DNA of 64,000 nt from an uncultured Elusimicrobia bacterium. Its GTDB lineage: Bacteria > Elusimicrobiota > Elusimicrobia > UBA1565 > UBA9628. Numbering within the stretch: the stretch's first letter is position 1; every line of letters starts with the position of its first letter. Made by a program: the position numbers and the translations under genes. The stretch spans positions 2,115 through 66,114 of the forward strand of contig CAZIBN010000004.1 in NCBI GenBank assembly GCA_964537395.1, read 5' to 3'. Positions 17,196 through 30,255 of this stretch are shown piece by piece. The notes under the pieces were generated by a model. That model was not told where the DNA came from. It ran no database searches and saw only the letters and a program-made list of their open reading frames with translations.

Positions 17196-18199
17196 TGATA
17201 ATTTCATATTTAGGCGTCCTCCTCTCCGTGGCTGCCGCTGCGGCTGCGGCGGACGGCCTACCAGCCTCGCTGTCAACGAGCTCGATCGTTCCGACGATCG
17301 TGACTCTTGCGCCGAGCCTGCACGAGTACACCCGGTTCGCGGACGGGGGGCCTGACGCGAACTGGTACGTCGGATTCAATAACGCGTGGATCATCAAGCT
17401 CCCGCCAGCGCCGGCGGGAGAATTCGCGCACGCCTTCATCGGCGCAAAGCTCGGGCGTGCCAAGACGCGCCCCGTTCCTGGTAAGCCTTGGCTGCGCGAA
17501 ACGATTCCCGGGAAGGTCTACGCGGGAATCTCCTCCTCGCCCTCCTGGAGCTCGGAGCAGAGCTTTTTTATCGCCGAAACCCGCGACATTCCCGCCGAGG
17601 CCGATCCCCAGGCGCGCGTCGACGGCGTAGGGGCCGGTGAATGGTTCTGGGCCGAGGTGCCGCTGACGCAGGTGAGCTTCACCGCTCCGAACTACCTCAT
17701 CGTCTGGTCGCCGACGAATTATTTCACGAAAGCTTCGAGCGCGCCGATCCTAGCCGCCACCGATCTCGACGAGCCGGGCGGGGAAACCCGCGCGTGGCTC
17801 AATCGCTCGATCCAAGGCGTGCCTCCGCGCTCCCGGGGCGCCTCCCTGGAGACGCCGCTCAACACCTTGGCACCCGCCATCGCGATCAAGCTCGTGCCTC
17901 CCGGCCCCGACGAGCCCGCCGTGTCCGTCGCCGACTTCAGCGTGGCGCGCGCGGGCAAGCGCGTGATCGTGCGCTTCTCCGCCGCGGGCGAGGACGTGGC
18001 CGAGGCCTGGGTGGAAGCGTCCCGCGACCAGCTGGAATGGCAGCGAGTCTCGCGCATCCAACGCAAGCCGCCCTACATATTCTCCCTTTCCCCTGAAAAG
18101 ACGCCTGCCCCCGGCTCGTACCTGCGCGGCCTGGCCCGTGACATCTCCGGAGCGACCGGAGCCTCCGAAGGCTTCATGATTCCCTATGCGCCGCGCTGA
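17195..18199 (+). CDS. hypothetical exported protein (334 aa)
   Basis: TAATG overlap with the parB stop. Hydrophobic N-terminus ISYLGVLLSVAAAAAAA. No recognisable family. Confidence 0.6.
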   Translation: MIISYLGVLLSVAAAAAAADGLPASLSTSSIVPTIVTLAPSLHEYTRFADGGPDANWYVGFNNAWIIKLPPAPAGEFAHAFIGAKLGRAKTRPVPGKPWLRETIPGKVYAGISSSPSWSSEQSFFIAETRDIPAEADPQARVDGVGAGEWFWAEVPLTQVSFTAPNYLIVWSPTNYFTKASSAPILAATDLDEPGGETRAWLNRSIQGVPPRSRGASLETPLNTLAPAIAIKLVPPGPDEPAVSVADFSVARAGKRVIVRFSAAGEDVAEAWVEASRDQLEWQRVSRIQRKPPYIFSLSPEKTPAPGSYLRGLARDISGATGASEGFMIPYAPR

Positions 18200-19238
18200 C
18201 GGCCTGCGCGTCGGCGTCGTCGGGGCGACCGGGATGGTCGGCCGCGAGCTCGTGGCACTCCTCGAGTCCCGCCGTTTTCCCGTCGGCGAGCTTCTCCCGT
18301 TCTCCTCGGGGCGAGCCGCGTCCTCGGTTCGCTTCAGGAATCGCAGGCTCACAGCGCCGGGCGTCTCGAGATCCGCACTGAGATCCTGCGACGTCGTGTT
18401 TCTCGTCAGCTCCGATGAGGTCGCGCTTGAGCTCGCCCCCGCGCTCGCCGCGCTCGGCGTCTGGACCATCGATGACAGCGCGGCGTTTCGGTTAAACAAA
18501 AACACGCCGTTGGTGATCCCTGAGGTGAATAGCTCGGCCCTCAGGAAGGACCGCCGTTTGATCGCCGGCCCCAACTGCACGATGACGGGGCTTGCCGTCG
18601 CTGGGGCTCTTCTCCATCGAACGGTCGGCGTGCGAGAGGTTCGCCTGGCATCCTACCAGGCCGTCTCCGGCGCCGGCAAGGCCGCGCTGGCCGAGCTGTT
18701 CTCTCAATATTCCTCTCTCTCCGGGCTCGGACCGAAACCCGACGGTCGCGCGCCGGTGCTCGCCGCTGGCTCCTCCACCGTCCTCCCGCGCGCGATCGCC
18801 TACAACGCGATCCCCCAGGTCGGTCGCTTCGGCACCGACGGCTACTCGGGCGAGGAGGCCAAGGTCGCCGCCGAGCTGCGCAAGATCTGGTCGGCGCCGG
18901 GGCTTAAGGTCTCCGTGACCGCCGTGCGCGTGCCGACGATCCGCGGCCACGCCTTGGCCGCGTGGCTGACATTAACGCGTCCTCTCTCTTTATCCCGCGC
19001 CCGCGCGCTCCTCGCGAAGACTCCGGGACTGGTTCTCTCTCCGGAAGGCGACTATCCCACGCCGCGTTCGGCGGGGGGGAAAGGGCCCGTATACGCCGGC
19101 CGCCTTCGCCAGGGGACTACGCCGAGGGAGTTAGCACTTTGGATCGTAGCCGACAACCTCCTTAAGGGCGCCGCGCTGAACTCCGTGCAGGTCGCCGAGG
19201 AGCTTCTCCGCCGCGGCTGGCTCAAGCGCCGGAAATGA
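18186..19238 (+). CDS. asd: aspartate-semialdehyde dehydrogenase
   Basis: 350 aa. Carries VGVVGATGMVGRE, the active-site GPNCTMTG, and SYQAVSGAG. Confidence 0.9.
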   Translation: MRRADGLRVGVVGATGMVGRELVALLESRRFPVGELLPFSSGRAASSVRFRNRRLTAPGVSRSALRSCDVVFLVSSDEVALELAPALAALGVWTIDDSAAFRLNKNTPLVIPEVNSSALRKDRRLIAGPNCTMTGLAVAGALLHRTVGVREVRLASYQAVSGAGKAALAELFSQYSSLSGLGPKPDGRAPVLAAGSSTVLPRAIAYNAIPQVGRFGTDGYSGEEAKVAAELRKIWSAPGLKVSVTAVRVPTIRGHALAAWLTLTRPLSLSRARALLAKTPGLVLSPEGDYPTPRSAGGKGPVYAGRLRQGTTPRELALWIVADNLLKGAALNSVQVAEELLRRGWLKRRK

Positions 19239-20089
19239 AGTTCGCGCTCGCGCTGCTGCTCGCGACCTCCGCCGCCGCGCAGGCAGGCCCATTTGACGCC
19301 GCCGACGAGGCCTGGCGCACGAAGGGCTTCGCCGTAAAAGAGCGCGTCTCCGACACGAATGGCGACCTCTCGGTCTCCGCCGTCATTTATAGCCCGACAG
19401 CCGGCGGCGGCGACCGCCTCGAAGTCTATGTCGTCGCCAAGGGCAGAGCCTATCTGGGCTTCACCCATCCGTCGACGGTCGAACGGCTCGAGCTTGACCC
19501 GTCGCCCGCCGGACGTTTCGCCGACATGTTCCACGACGGCTCGCTGGCCGTGGCCTACCGCGCGACCCGCGCCTCCCTGGGCGCGACCGAGCTCAACATC
19601 CTGCGATGGAAGCGCTTCAAGATCGAGCGGGTCGCGGTATTCCCCGAAGGCCGATTTCATCGCCTCGAGAGCGGAGCCGTGGTGGCGGCGCGCGAGCTTC
19701 CGCTCGGACGATATCTCTCGATGGGCTGCGAGGACTTCGGCACGATCTCGCGCTCCGCCTTCAAGACCACTTTGAACGCGCCCCGCATCGGCGGCTTTGT
19801 GGACGCCTCCTCCGAGAACCCCGGCTACTACAAGGCCGAGATCGCCCGCAAAGAGAAGGCGATGGCCCGGCTTAAAGGCGAGCTCGAGAAGAACGCGGGG
19901 GAATACCTCGGCCTCGCGATCTCGACTTATTACGACTACGCGGCCCTCGGCCGCGCGCGGGAAGGCTGGACGCGCCTGCGGGAGTTCTTCACGATCCCGG
20001 CCTTGGCGCCCGCCGCGGTGAAAACCTGCATGTCCTCGATGGAAAAGGATCTGCGGGGCAAGCTCAAGGTTCCCGCCGGCTGGCCCTAG
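19235..20089 (+). CDS. hypothetical exported protein (284 aa)
   Basis: ATGA overlap with the asd stop and signal peptide MKFALALLLATSAAAQA. No recognisable family. Confidence 0.6.
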   Translation: MKFALALLLATSAAAQAGPFDAADEAWRTKGFAVKERVSDTNGDLSVSAVIYSPTAGGGDRLEVYVVAKGRAYLGFTHPSTVERLELDPSPAGRFADMFHDGSLAVAYRATRASLGATELNILRWKRFKIERVAVFPEGRFHRLESGAVVAARELPLGRYLSMGCEDFGTISRSAFKTTLNAPRIGGFVDASSENPGYYKAEIARKEKAMARLKGELEKNAGEYLGLAISTYYDYAALGRAREGWTRLREFFTIPALAPAAVKTCMSSMEKDLRGKLKVPAGWP

Positions 20090-20116
20090 ACGCGCGCCGG
20101 GCCTTTCGGGTAGAAT
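20087..20116 (+). promoter_or_regulatory. promoter with -10 TAGAAT 6 nt before the ATG (leaderless candidate)
   Basis: TAGACG (20087-20092), 18-nt spacer, TAGAAT (20111-20116), ATG at 20123. Confidence 0.5.
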
Positions 20117-20122
20117 CGGCGC

Positions 20123-20620
20123 ATGACCAACATCCTCGCCGTCGCCGCGCTGATCGCCTCTCAGATGGGAGCGCCGCTCCCCGCCGACACCCCCGCCGTC
20201 GTCGTGCCGGTCGCGACGGCGAAAGCCGCTGCAGCGCCCAGCGCCGCCCTGAGCTCCGGATACATCTCGGCCTCGGGCAACCTGACCGGCTCCGGCTATC
20301 TGCAGTGCCATTCGGGCTGGATGAACGGATCGATCAATCTCAGCGCCCAGATGTCGGTCAACGGCCCTGACGGCGTACACGGGACTGTTCCTGTCTCAGG
20401 CTATGTCCACCTGAGCGGCTCATGCCAGAACGGGTCAGGCTTTGTGAACGGATCCGCGTCGGTGAACGGCTATGGCACCCTCTATACGCGTGAAGGCAAG
20501 CGCGCCGGAACGGTCAACCTCAACGGTTCGGTGTTCGTCAACCAGTACGCCTCCGGCTACCTGTGGGTCAACCAGTACGCGAACGTGAGCGGCTACTTCA
20601 CCGCCGATCCCGCGAACTAG
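20123..20620 (+). CDS. hypothetical secreted Gly/Ser/Asn-repeat protein (165 aa)
   Basis: Hydrophobic N-terminus followed by reiterated (S/N)G(S/Y)..VNG units (SGYISASGNLTGSGYL, NGSGFVNGSASVNGYG, NLNGSVFVNQYASGYLWVNQYANVSGY). Confidence 0.6.
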   Translation: MTNILAVAALIASQMGAPLPADTPAVVVPVATAKAAAAPSAALSSGYISASGNLTGSGYLQCHSGWMNGSINLSAQMSVNGPDGVHGTVPVSGYVHLSGSCQNGSGFVNGSASVNGYGTLYTREGKRAGTVNLNGSVFVNQYASGYLWVNQYANVSGYFTADPAN

Positions 20621-21465
20621 CGTCCGATCGCCGTCTTGAGGAAGTTCGGGAGAGCGAAGCAGGCGGCGTGTATCTCGGCGTTATACCACCGAAGCTTCAG
20701 CTTCGAAGCCTTGACGCGCGCCGGGCGGAAGTCCTTCAACGGATGAAGACCCTTCGTCGCGAAGGTGAACGCCCACAGACCACCGGGATAGGTCAGGTTG
20801 TTGAACAGGCAGACCTCGACGACAGGAAATATTTTTTTGGTGATTCTAAACAGATTTTTGATCGTCGAGATCTCATAGAACGGTGACCCCGCCTGGCTGG
20901 CCACGACGCCGTCCTCGGTCAGAATCCTCTTCACGTTCATGTAGAACGAGGGCCCGAACAGCTCCGCGGCCGGCCCGAAGGGCTCCGTCGAGTCCACGAT
21001 CACGACGTCGAACTTCTCGTTCGTCTCCGCAACGAACTTCACGCCATCGTCGATAAGCACTGTTGCCCGTCTATCGGAGAGAGCTCCCGCCGTCTGCGGA
21101 ATGTGCTTTCGCGAGGCGGAAACCACGAGGCCATCGATCTCGACCAAGGTGCAGCTCTCCACCGTCTTATGCCGCAGCACCTCTCGCACGGTGCCGCCGT
21201 CGCCGCCCCCGATGACGAGCACGCGGCGGGGCTTGGGGTGCAGGAACAAGGCGGGGTGCGCGATCATCTCGTGATAGACGAACTCGTCGCGCTCGGAGAC
21301 CATCGTCATGCCGTCGATAAGCAAAAGCTTTCCGTGGCCGGCGGTCTCCACAACCTCGACGGTCTGAAACGGGCTCTTGCCCTTAAAAAGACGCTTCTTG
21401 AGCTTAAAGCTCGTCCGCACGATGCCCTGGTAGACCTCGTCCACCCAGACGGTCTTTTTGCTCAC
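20617..21465 (-). CDS. speE: spermidine synthase / polyamine aminopropyltransferase
   Basis: 282 aa. Carries FQTVEVVETAGHGKLLLIDG, VLVIGGGDGGTVREV and VIVDSTEPFGPA. Confidence 0.92.
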   Translation of the reverse strand: MSKKTVWVDEVYQGIVRTSFKLKKRLFKGKSPFQTVEVVETAGHGKLLLIDGMTMVSERDEFVYHEMIAHPALFLHPKPRRVLVIGGGDGGTVREVLRHKTVESCTLVEIDGLVVSASRKHIPQTAGALSDRRATVLIDDGVKFVAETNEKFDVVIVDSTEPFGPAAELFGPSFYMNVKRILTEDGVVASQAGSPFYEISTIKNLFRITKKIFPVVEVCLFNNLTYPGGLWAFTFATKGLHPLKDFRPARVKASKLKLRWYNAEIHAACFALPNFLKTAIGR

Positions 21466-22400
21466 AGGACGATCTCGACGGCGGGGGCCGCCCCTTCGAC
21501 CGGCTTGAAGTGATGGTCGAAGGTCACGCGATAGCCGCAGGACAGGTTTTGGCGCACCGCGCGCTTGATCGGATAGTAGCAGCGGATCTTCTGCCGCGAC
21601 GCCTGCGGCTGGAAGAGGATGACATCGCAGGACTGCGGCTTGAACAGGTCGAGCACGCGCGTGATGGTCTCGTTGGCGTCGCCCTCGACCGCGTTCGTCT
21701 CGAAGCTCACGTACGAGCCGATCTTCTGCGGCGTCACATGGATGGTGTAGTACTTGGAGCCGCGGATCGCATTGAGCGAATAGCCCATCGGCTCGAACAG
21801 GTAGTCGTCCACCTGGAATCCCGGGAGGATCGACCAGACGCCGGACTTTTCCTTGATGAAATCCTTCTTGCGGGCAGGGCCGCTCATGAAGACCCGGGAG
21901 GCCTGAGGATCGATGCCATGCATCAGGATCTCGAGCGTCAGGTCCTCAGCCGCCGGCGCATACACCTTGTCCAGATGGAAAAGAAACACGTGGTGGTCGT
22001 CCCCGTCGCCGAAACGATAGGACTTCGCCGGCATGCGGTCGGTCAGGCGGCGGCAGTCGTCGAAGAAGTTCGAGGGCTGATATTCCTGGTGATGCGCGTT
22101 CTTGCGCTCGTAGACAAGATACTGGAACGCGTCCGTGCCGAAATCATCCACCAGCGCGATGACCGCGGCGACGAGGTCCGTACGGCCGCAGGTGATCATC
22201 GTCAGCCAGGTGTCGGTGACGAACAGGCTTGATTCGGACAGCAGGTACGCATCCATGGATTCATTCGAGATCGTCGACAGAACCTGCGCGTTAGCCTTCG
22301 CGACGATGCCTTTCCAATAGTCGTGACCGCGGGCCCGCAATGAGGGCAGCCCCGGCACCATGGCGAGCTCTACTTTCTTTTCTGGTCCTTCGAAAAACAT
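21462..22400 (-). CDS. speD: S-adenosylmethionine decarboxylase proenzyme, eukaryote-like (class 2) type
   Basis: 312 aa. Carries FEGPEKK, the autoprocessing motif YLLSESSLFV (human YVLSESSMFV), TCGRT (human TCGTT) and YVSFETN. ATGA-type overlap with speE. Confidence 0.85.
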   Translation of the reverse strand: MFFEGPEKKVELAMVPGLPSLRARGHDYWKGIVAKANAQVLSTISNESMDAYLLSESSLFVTDTWLTMITCGRTDLVAAVIALVDDFGTDAFQYLVYERKNAHHQEYQPSNFFDDCRRLTDRMPAKSYRFGDGDDHHVFLFHLDKVYAPAAEDLTLEILMHGIDPQASRVFMSGPARKKDFIKEKSGVWSILPGFQVDDYLFEPMGYSLNAIRGSKYYTIHVTPQKIGSYVSFETNAVEGDANETITRVLDLFKPQSCDVILFQPQASRQKIRCYYPIKRAVRQNLSCGYRVTFDHHFKPVEGAAPAVEIVL

Positions 22401-22814
22401 CTAACGTGTCCTCTTATTACGTGCGGCCACTTCCTTCTCGCGCAATGCTCGCTCGCCGGCCTTGATCGACTTCCAGTTCGCCAGAACTTCCTTCGAGTTC
22501 TTGAAGGTCCGCGTGCGGCCGAAAACATGAGGGTGGCGGCGAATGAGCTTCTTAGCCTGGCTCTCGGCCACCGTGTCGAGATCGAAGCGCTTCTTTCCCA
22601 GACGCGCGAGAAAGAGGACGTGGAAAAGGATGTCGCCCAGCTCGTCCTCGATCTCATGCCAGCGCCCACCCGCGAGCGCGTCGGCCAGCTCAGCCGACTC
22701 CTCGCGAAGGAAGGGGATCAAGGTCTTGTGCGTCTGCTCCCGGTCCCAAGGGCAGCCTTTCGGGCCCAGAAGCTTGGCCACGACGGCGTCGAGCCTTCGG
22801 ATTCCCTTGGCCAT
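22401..22814 (-). CDS. mazG: MazG-type nucleoside triphosphate pyrophosphohydrolase (small form)
   Basis: Trimmed to MAKGIRRLD, 2 nt after the serS stop. Carries CPWDREQTHKTL, EESAELADA, EDELGDILFHVLF and IRRHPHVF. Confidence 0.85.
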   Translation of the reverse strand: MAKGIRRLDAVVAKLLGPKGCPWDREQTHKTLIPFLREESAELADALAGGRWHEIEDELGDILFHVLFLARLGKKRFDLDTVAESQAKKLIRRHPHVFGRTRTFKNSKEVLANWKSIKAGERALREKEVAARNKRTR

Positions 22815-22816
22815 GG

Positions 22817-24118
22817 TCAGGGAACCGCGATGCGCTCTGCGCCGAAGTAGGGCACCAGCGCCCGGGGGATGACAACGGAGCCGTCGGCTTGCTGGTTGTT
22901 CTCGAGGATCGAGGCCGCGAGGCGTCCGACGGCTACGCCCGAGCCGTTCAAGGTGTGGACGAGCTCGGCGGGAGCCTTCGCGTCGCGGCGGAAGCGCGCC
23001 GCCATGCGCCGCGCCTGAAAATCCGAGCAGTCGGAGCACGATGAGATCTCCCGGTATTTATTCTCCGACGGCATCCAGACCTCGATGTCGTAGGTTTTCT
23101 GGGAGGCGAAGCCCATGTCGCCGGTGCACAGATGTATCACCCGGTGAGGCAGCTCAAGGGCTTCAAGCGTTGCGGCGGCGTCCTTCGTCAGCTGCTCGAG
23201 CGCCGCGAGCGAGTCCTCCGGCTTCGTGATCCAGACCAGCTCGACCTTGTCGAACTGGTGGTTGCGGATGACGCCGCGCACATCCTTGCCGTAGGTGCCG
23301 GCCTCCTGACGGAAGCACGCGGTCAGAGCCGTCAGCTTCATCGGGAGCTTCTCGGCGGAGAGTATCTCCTCGCGCACCATGTTCGTCAGGACGATCTCTG
23401 AGGTGGAGATCAGGTAAAGCGTGCTGGTCTTTTCGCCTTCGACATTGACCGTCTTGTACATGTCGGCTTCGAACTTGGGAAGCTGGCTCGTGCCCTCGAG
23501 TATTTCCGGCAGGGCGAGATAAGGGGGGTGCACCTCGAGATAGCCGCTCTTTTCATGGCGATCGAGAAGGAAGTTGCCGAGCGCGCGGATGAGCCTGGCC
23601 CCCGGCCCCTGCCACAGAGCGAAGCGCGAGCCCGCGAGCTTGACGCCCGTCTTCATGTCGAGCGCCCCTATCTTTTCGCCGACGGTCTGATGGTCGAGCG
23701 GCTTGAACTCGAACTTCCGGGGCTCGCCAAAGGTCCTGACGAGAGGATTCTCCGTCTCGTCCTTGCCGACAGGGACGGATGAGTGGGGGATGTTGGGAAT
23801 ACTCATCGCTGCGTCCCGTATGAGCTTCTCAGAGGCCAGCAGCGCCGCTTCTTTATCGGTCATGCGGCTCTTGAGCTCTGACACCTCGGCCTTGAGCTTG
23901 TCGGCGGTCGCCGTATCCTTGGCGGCCATAGCCTTGCCGATCGACTGGGAAGCGGCGTTGCGCTGAGCGCGCATGGCCTCCACTTCGATCATGATCGCCC
24001 GATGCGCTTCATCGAGCTTCATCAGCTCGTCGAAAGCCGTTCCAAGCTTCGGATTGCGAGACGACAGCGCCTGGCGGACCTGATCTGTATTTTTGCGAGC
24101 GCCGCCGAGATCGATCAC
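22817..24118 (-). CDS. serS: seryl-tRNA synthetase
   Basis: 433 aa with an N-terminal coiled-coil arm and class II motifs (TSEIVLTNM, FRQEAGTYGKDVRG, GSGVAVGRLAASILENN). GTG start overlaps the upstream stop. Confidence 0.95.
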   Translation of the reverse strand: MIDLGGARKNTDQVRQALSSRNPKLGTAFDELMKLDEAHRAIMIEVEAMRAQRNAASQSIGKAMAAKDTATADKLKAEVSELKSRMTDKEAALLASEKLIRDAAMSIPNIPHSSVPVGKDETENPLVRTFGEPRKFEFKPLDHQTVGEKIGALDMKTGVKLAGSRFALWQGPGARLIRALGNFLLDRHEKSGYLEVHPPYLALPEILEGTSQLPKFEADMYKTVNVEGEKTSTLYLISTSEIVLTNMVREEILSAEKLPMKLTALTACFRQEAGTYGKDVRGVIRNHQFDKVELVWITKPEDSLAALEQLTKDAAATLEALELPHRVIHLCTGDMGFASQKTYDIEVWMPSENKYREISSCSDCSDFQARRMAARFRRDAKAPAELVHTLNGSGVAVGRLAASILENNQQADGSVVIPRALVPYFGAERIAVP

Positions 24119-24627
24119 TTCGCCACCTCCAAAATGCTCTCAAGAGACTGCACCGCGGCGTCGCCCTGGTGAGGCTCGATCATGACCTGGAGCTTCACGC
24201 GGTCCGGCCACCAACCGGCGCGGGCCAGCTTCGCCAGATACAGCTCCAGCGCGGGGGAGGTCGTCAGATAAACATCGAGAGTCTTGTTCGGGCCGACCTT
24301 CGGCACGCGCCTTTCATCCACCATGAACGGCACTCCCCAGGAGCCTTCGGGAGCGGCGCCTGCGATAGGCACGAGGCGAGCGATCATACTGTAGCGAAGC
24401 AGGATCCCCTCAGCCGCCTTCGGGCCCCGGTTCTTGAGCGTCAGGCGCGCGCGCAAACGCGTATCAAGCTTCGGCGGGCCGTCGAGCAACTGCCCGACGT
24501 CCTCCCAAACGGCAACGCGAGGCTTCTCCACGCGCGCGCGCTGCCAGGAGACGCTGTCCAGAAAAAGCTCGGCCCTGGCGCCCGCGGCCGTAAAGGCCGC
24601 GAACGCCAGGACCGCGATGAGACGCAT
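24115..24627 (-). CDS. hypothetical exported protein (170 aa)
   Basis: Trimmed to MRLIAVLAFAAFTAAGARA (signal peptide), which begins 13 nt after the gyrA stop. No recognisable family. Confidence 0.6.
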   Translation of the reverse strand: MRLIAVLAFAAFTAAGARAELFLDSVSWQRARVEKPRVAVWEDVGQLLDGPPKLDTRLRARLTLKNRGPKAAEGILLRYSMIARLVPIAGAAPEGSWGVPFMVDERRVPKVGPNKTLDVYLTTSPALELYLAKLARAGWWPDRVKLQVMIEPHQGDAAVQSLESILEVAK

Positions 24628-24640
24628 CAACGTCCGCGCC

Positions 24641-27160
<2,520 letters not shown>

Positions 27161-27194
27161 GGTCTTTGCTCTCTCGTTAAATTAAATTGACTTT

Positions 27195-27272
27195 GGTGTC
27201 AGGCCTACCGGTATTTGCAGTATTTTCATCATCGCACTCTTGAATACTGCAATTACCGGTAGGCCTGACACC
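27195..27272. repeat. 78-bp hairpin (30-bp arms, 29/30 paired, 18-nt loop) between gyrB and gyrA
   Basis: GGTGTCAGGCCTACCGGTATTTGCAGTATT (27195-27224) pairs with AATACTGCAATTACCGGTAGGCCTGACACC (27243-27272). Confidence 0.9.
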
Positions 27273-27279
27273 TTTCTCA

Positions 27280-29889
<2,610 letters not shown>

Positions 29890-29917
29890 CTAAAGTTTTT
29901 TCCTCAACGGCATCTGT

Positions 29918-29939
29918 GTCGGGCCGCTTGCGGCCCGAC
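29918..29939 (-). terminator. GC hairpin after the DUF721 gene
   Basis: GTCGGGCCGC-TT-GCGGCCCGAC, a perfect 10-bp stem with no U-tract. Confidence 0.4.
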
Positions 29940-29949
29940 CTAATTCAAC

Positions 29950-30255
29950 TCAACGGTAAGTCGTTTTGACGGCGATGATCCACGGACGGCTAAAATATTT
30001 ATTAAGGGCTTTAAGTAAAACCCCAGACCTCATCTGCAGTTCCTGCGCCGCCGCCGCGCTCTTCGGACGCACGAACAACGTTCCCTTCTTGACGGCCACC
30101 AGCGCCCAGTGCTTCGAGTAGGCGCCGCACTCCTTATCCCAGACAGCGTTCAGCAGCGCCAATTTATCATTGACGGTCCCAGCACGGTACGCAAAGCTCT
30201 TTATCAGGTCGCCGGAGGTGGACCAACGGCCGGGCTTTTCCTTTTCCGTGATCAC
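29950..30255 (-). CDS. DUF721 (DciA-like) domain protein
   Basis: 101 aa. Both its position between dnaN and gyrB and the pattern AVWDKECG...HWALVAVKKGTLFVRPKSAAAAQELQ...LLKALN are typical of DUF721. Confidence 0.75.
   Translation of the reverse strand: MITEKEKPGRWSTSGDLIKSFAYRAGTVNDKLALLNAVWDKECGAYSKHWALVAVKKGTLFVRPKSAAAAQELQMRSGVLLKALNKYFSRPWIIAVKTTYR

Noticed and set aside
22815-23039. Long N-terminal extensions of listed ORFs: mazG 22401..23039, galE 42561..43922, rapZ 34388.., recA 55902.., wecB 7285.., HPr 37546.. and methyltransferase ..10806.
   Set aside because: The extensions overlap the preceding well-supported gene in another frame and lack homology. The family-typical N-termini start at internal ATG or GTG codons placed at, or a few nt from, the upstream stop.
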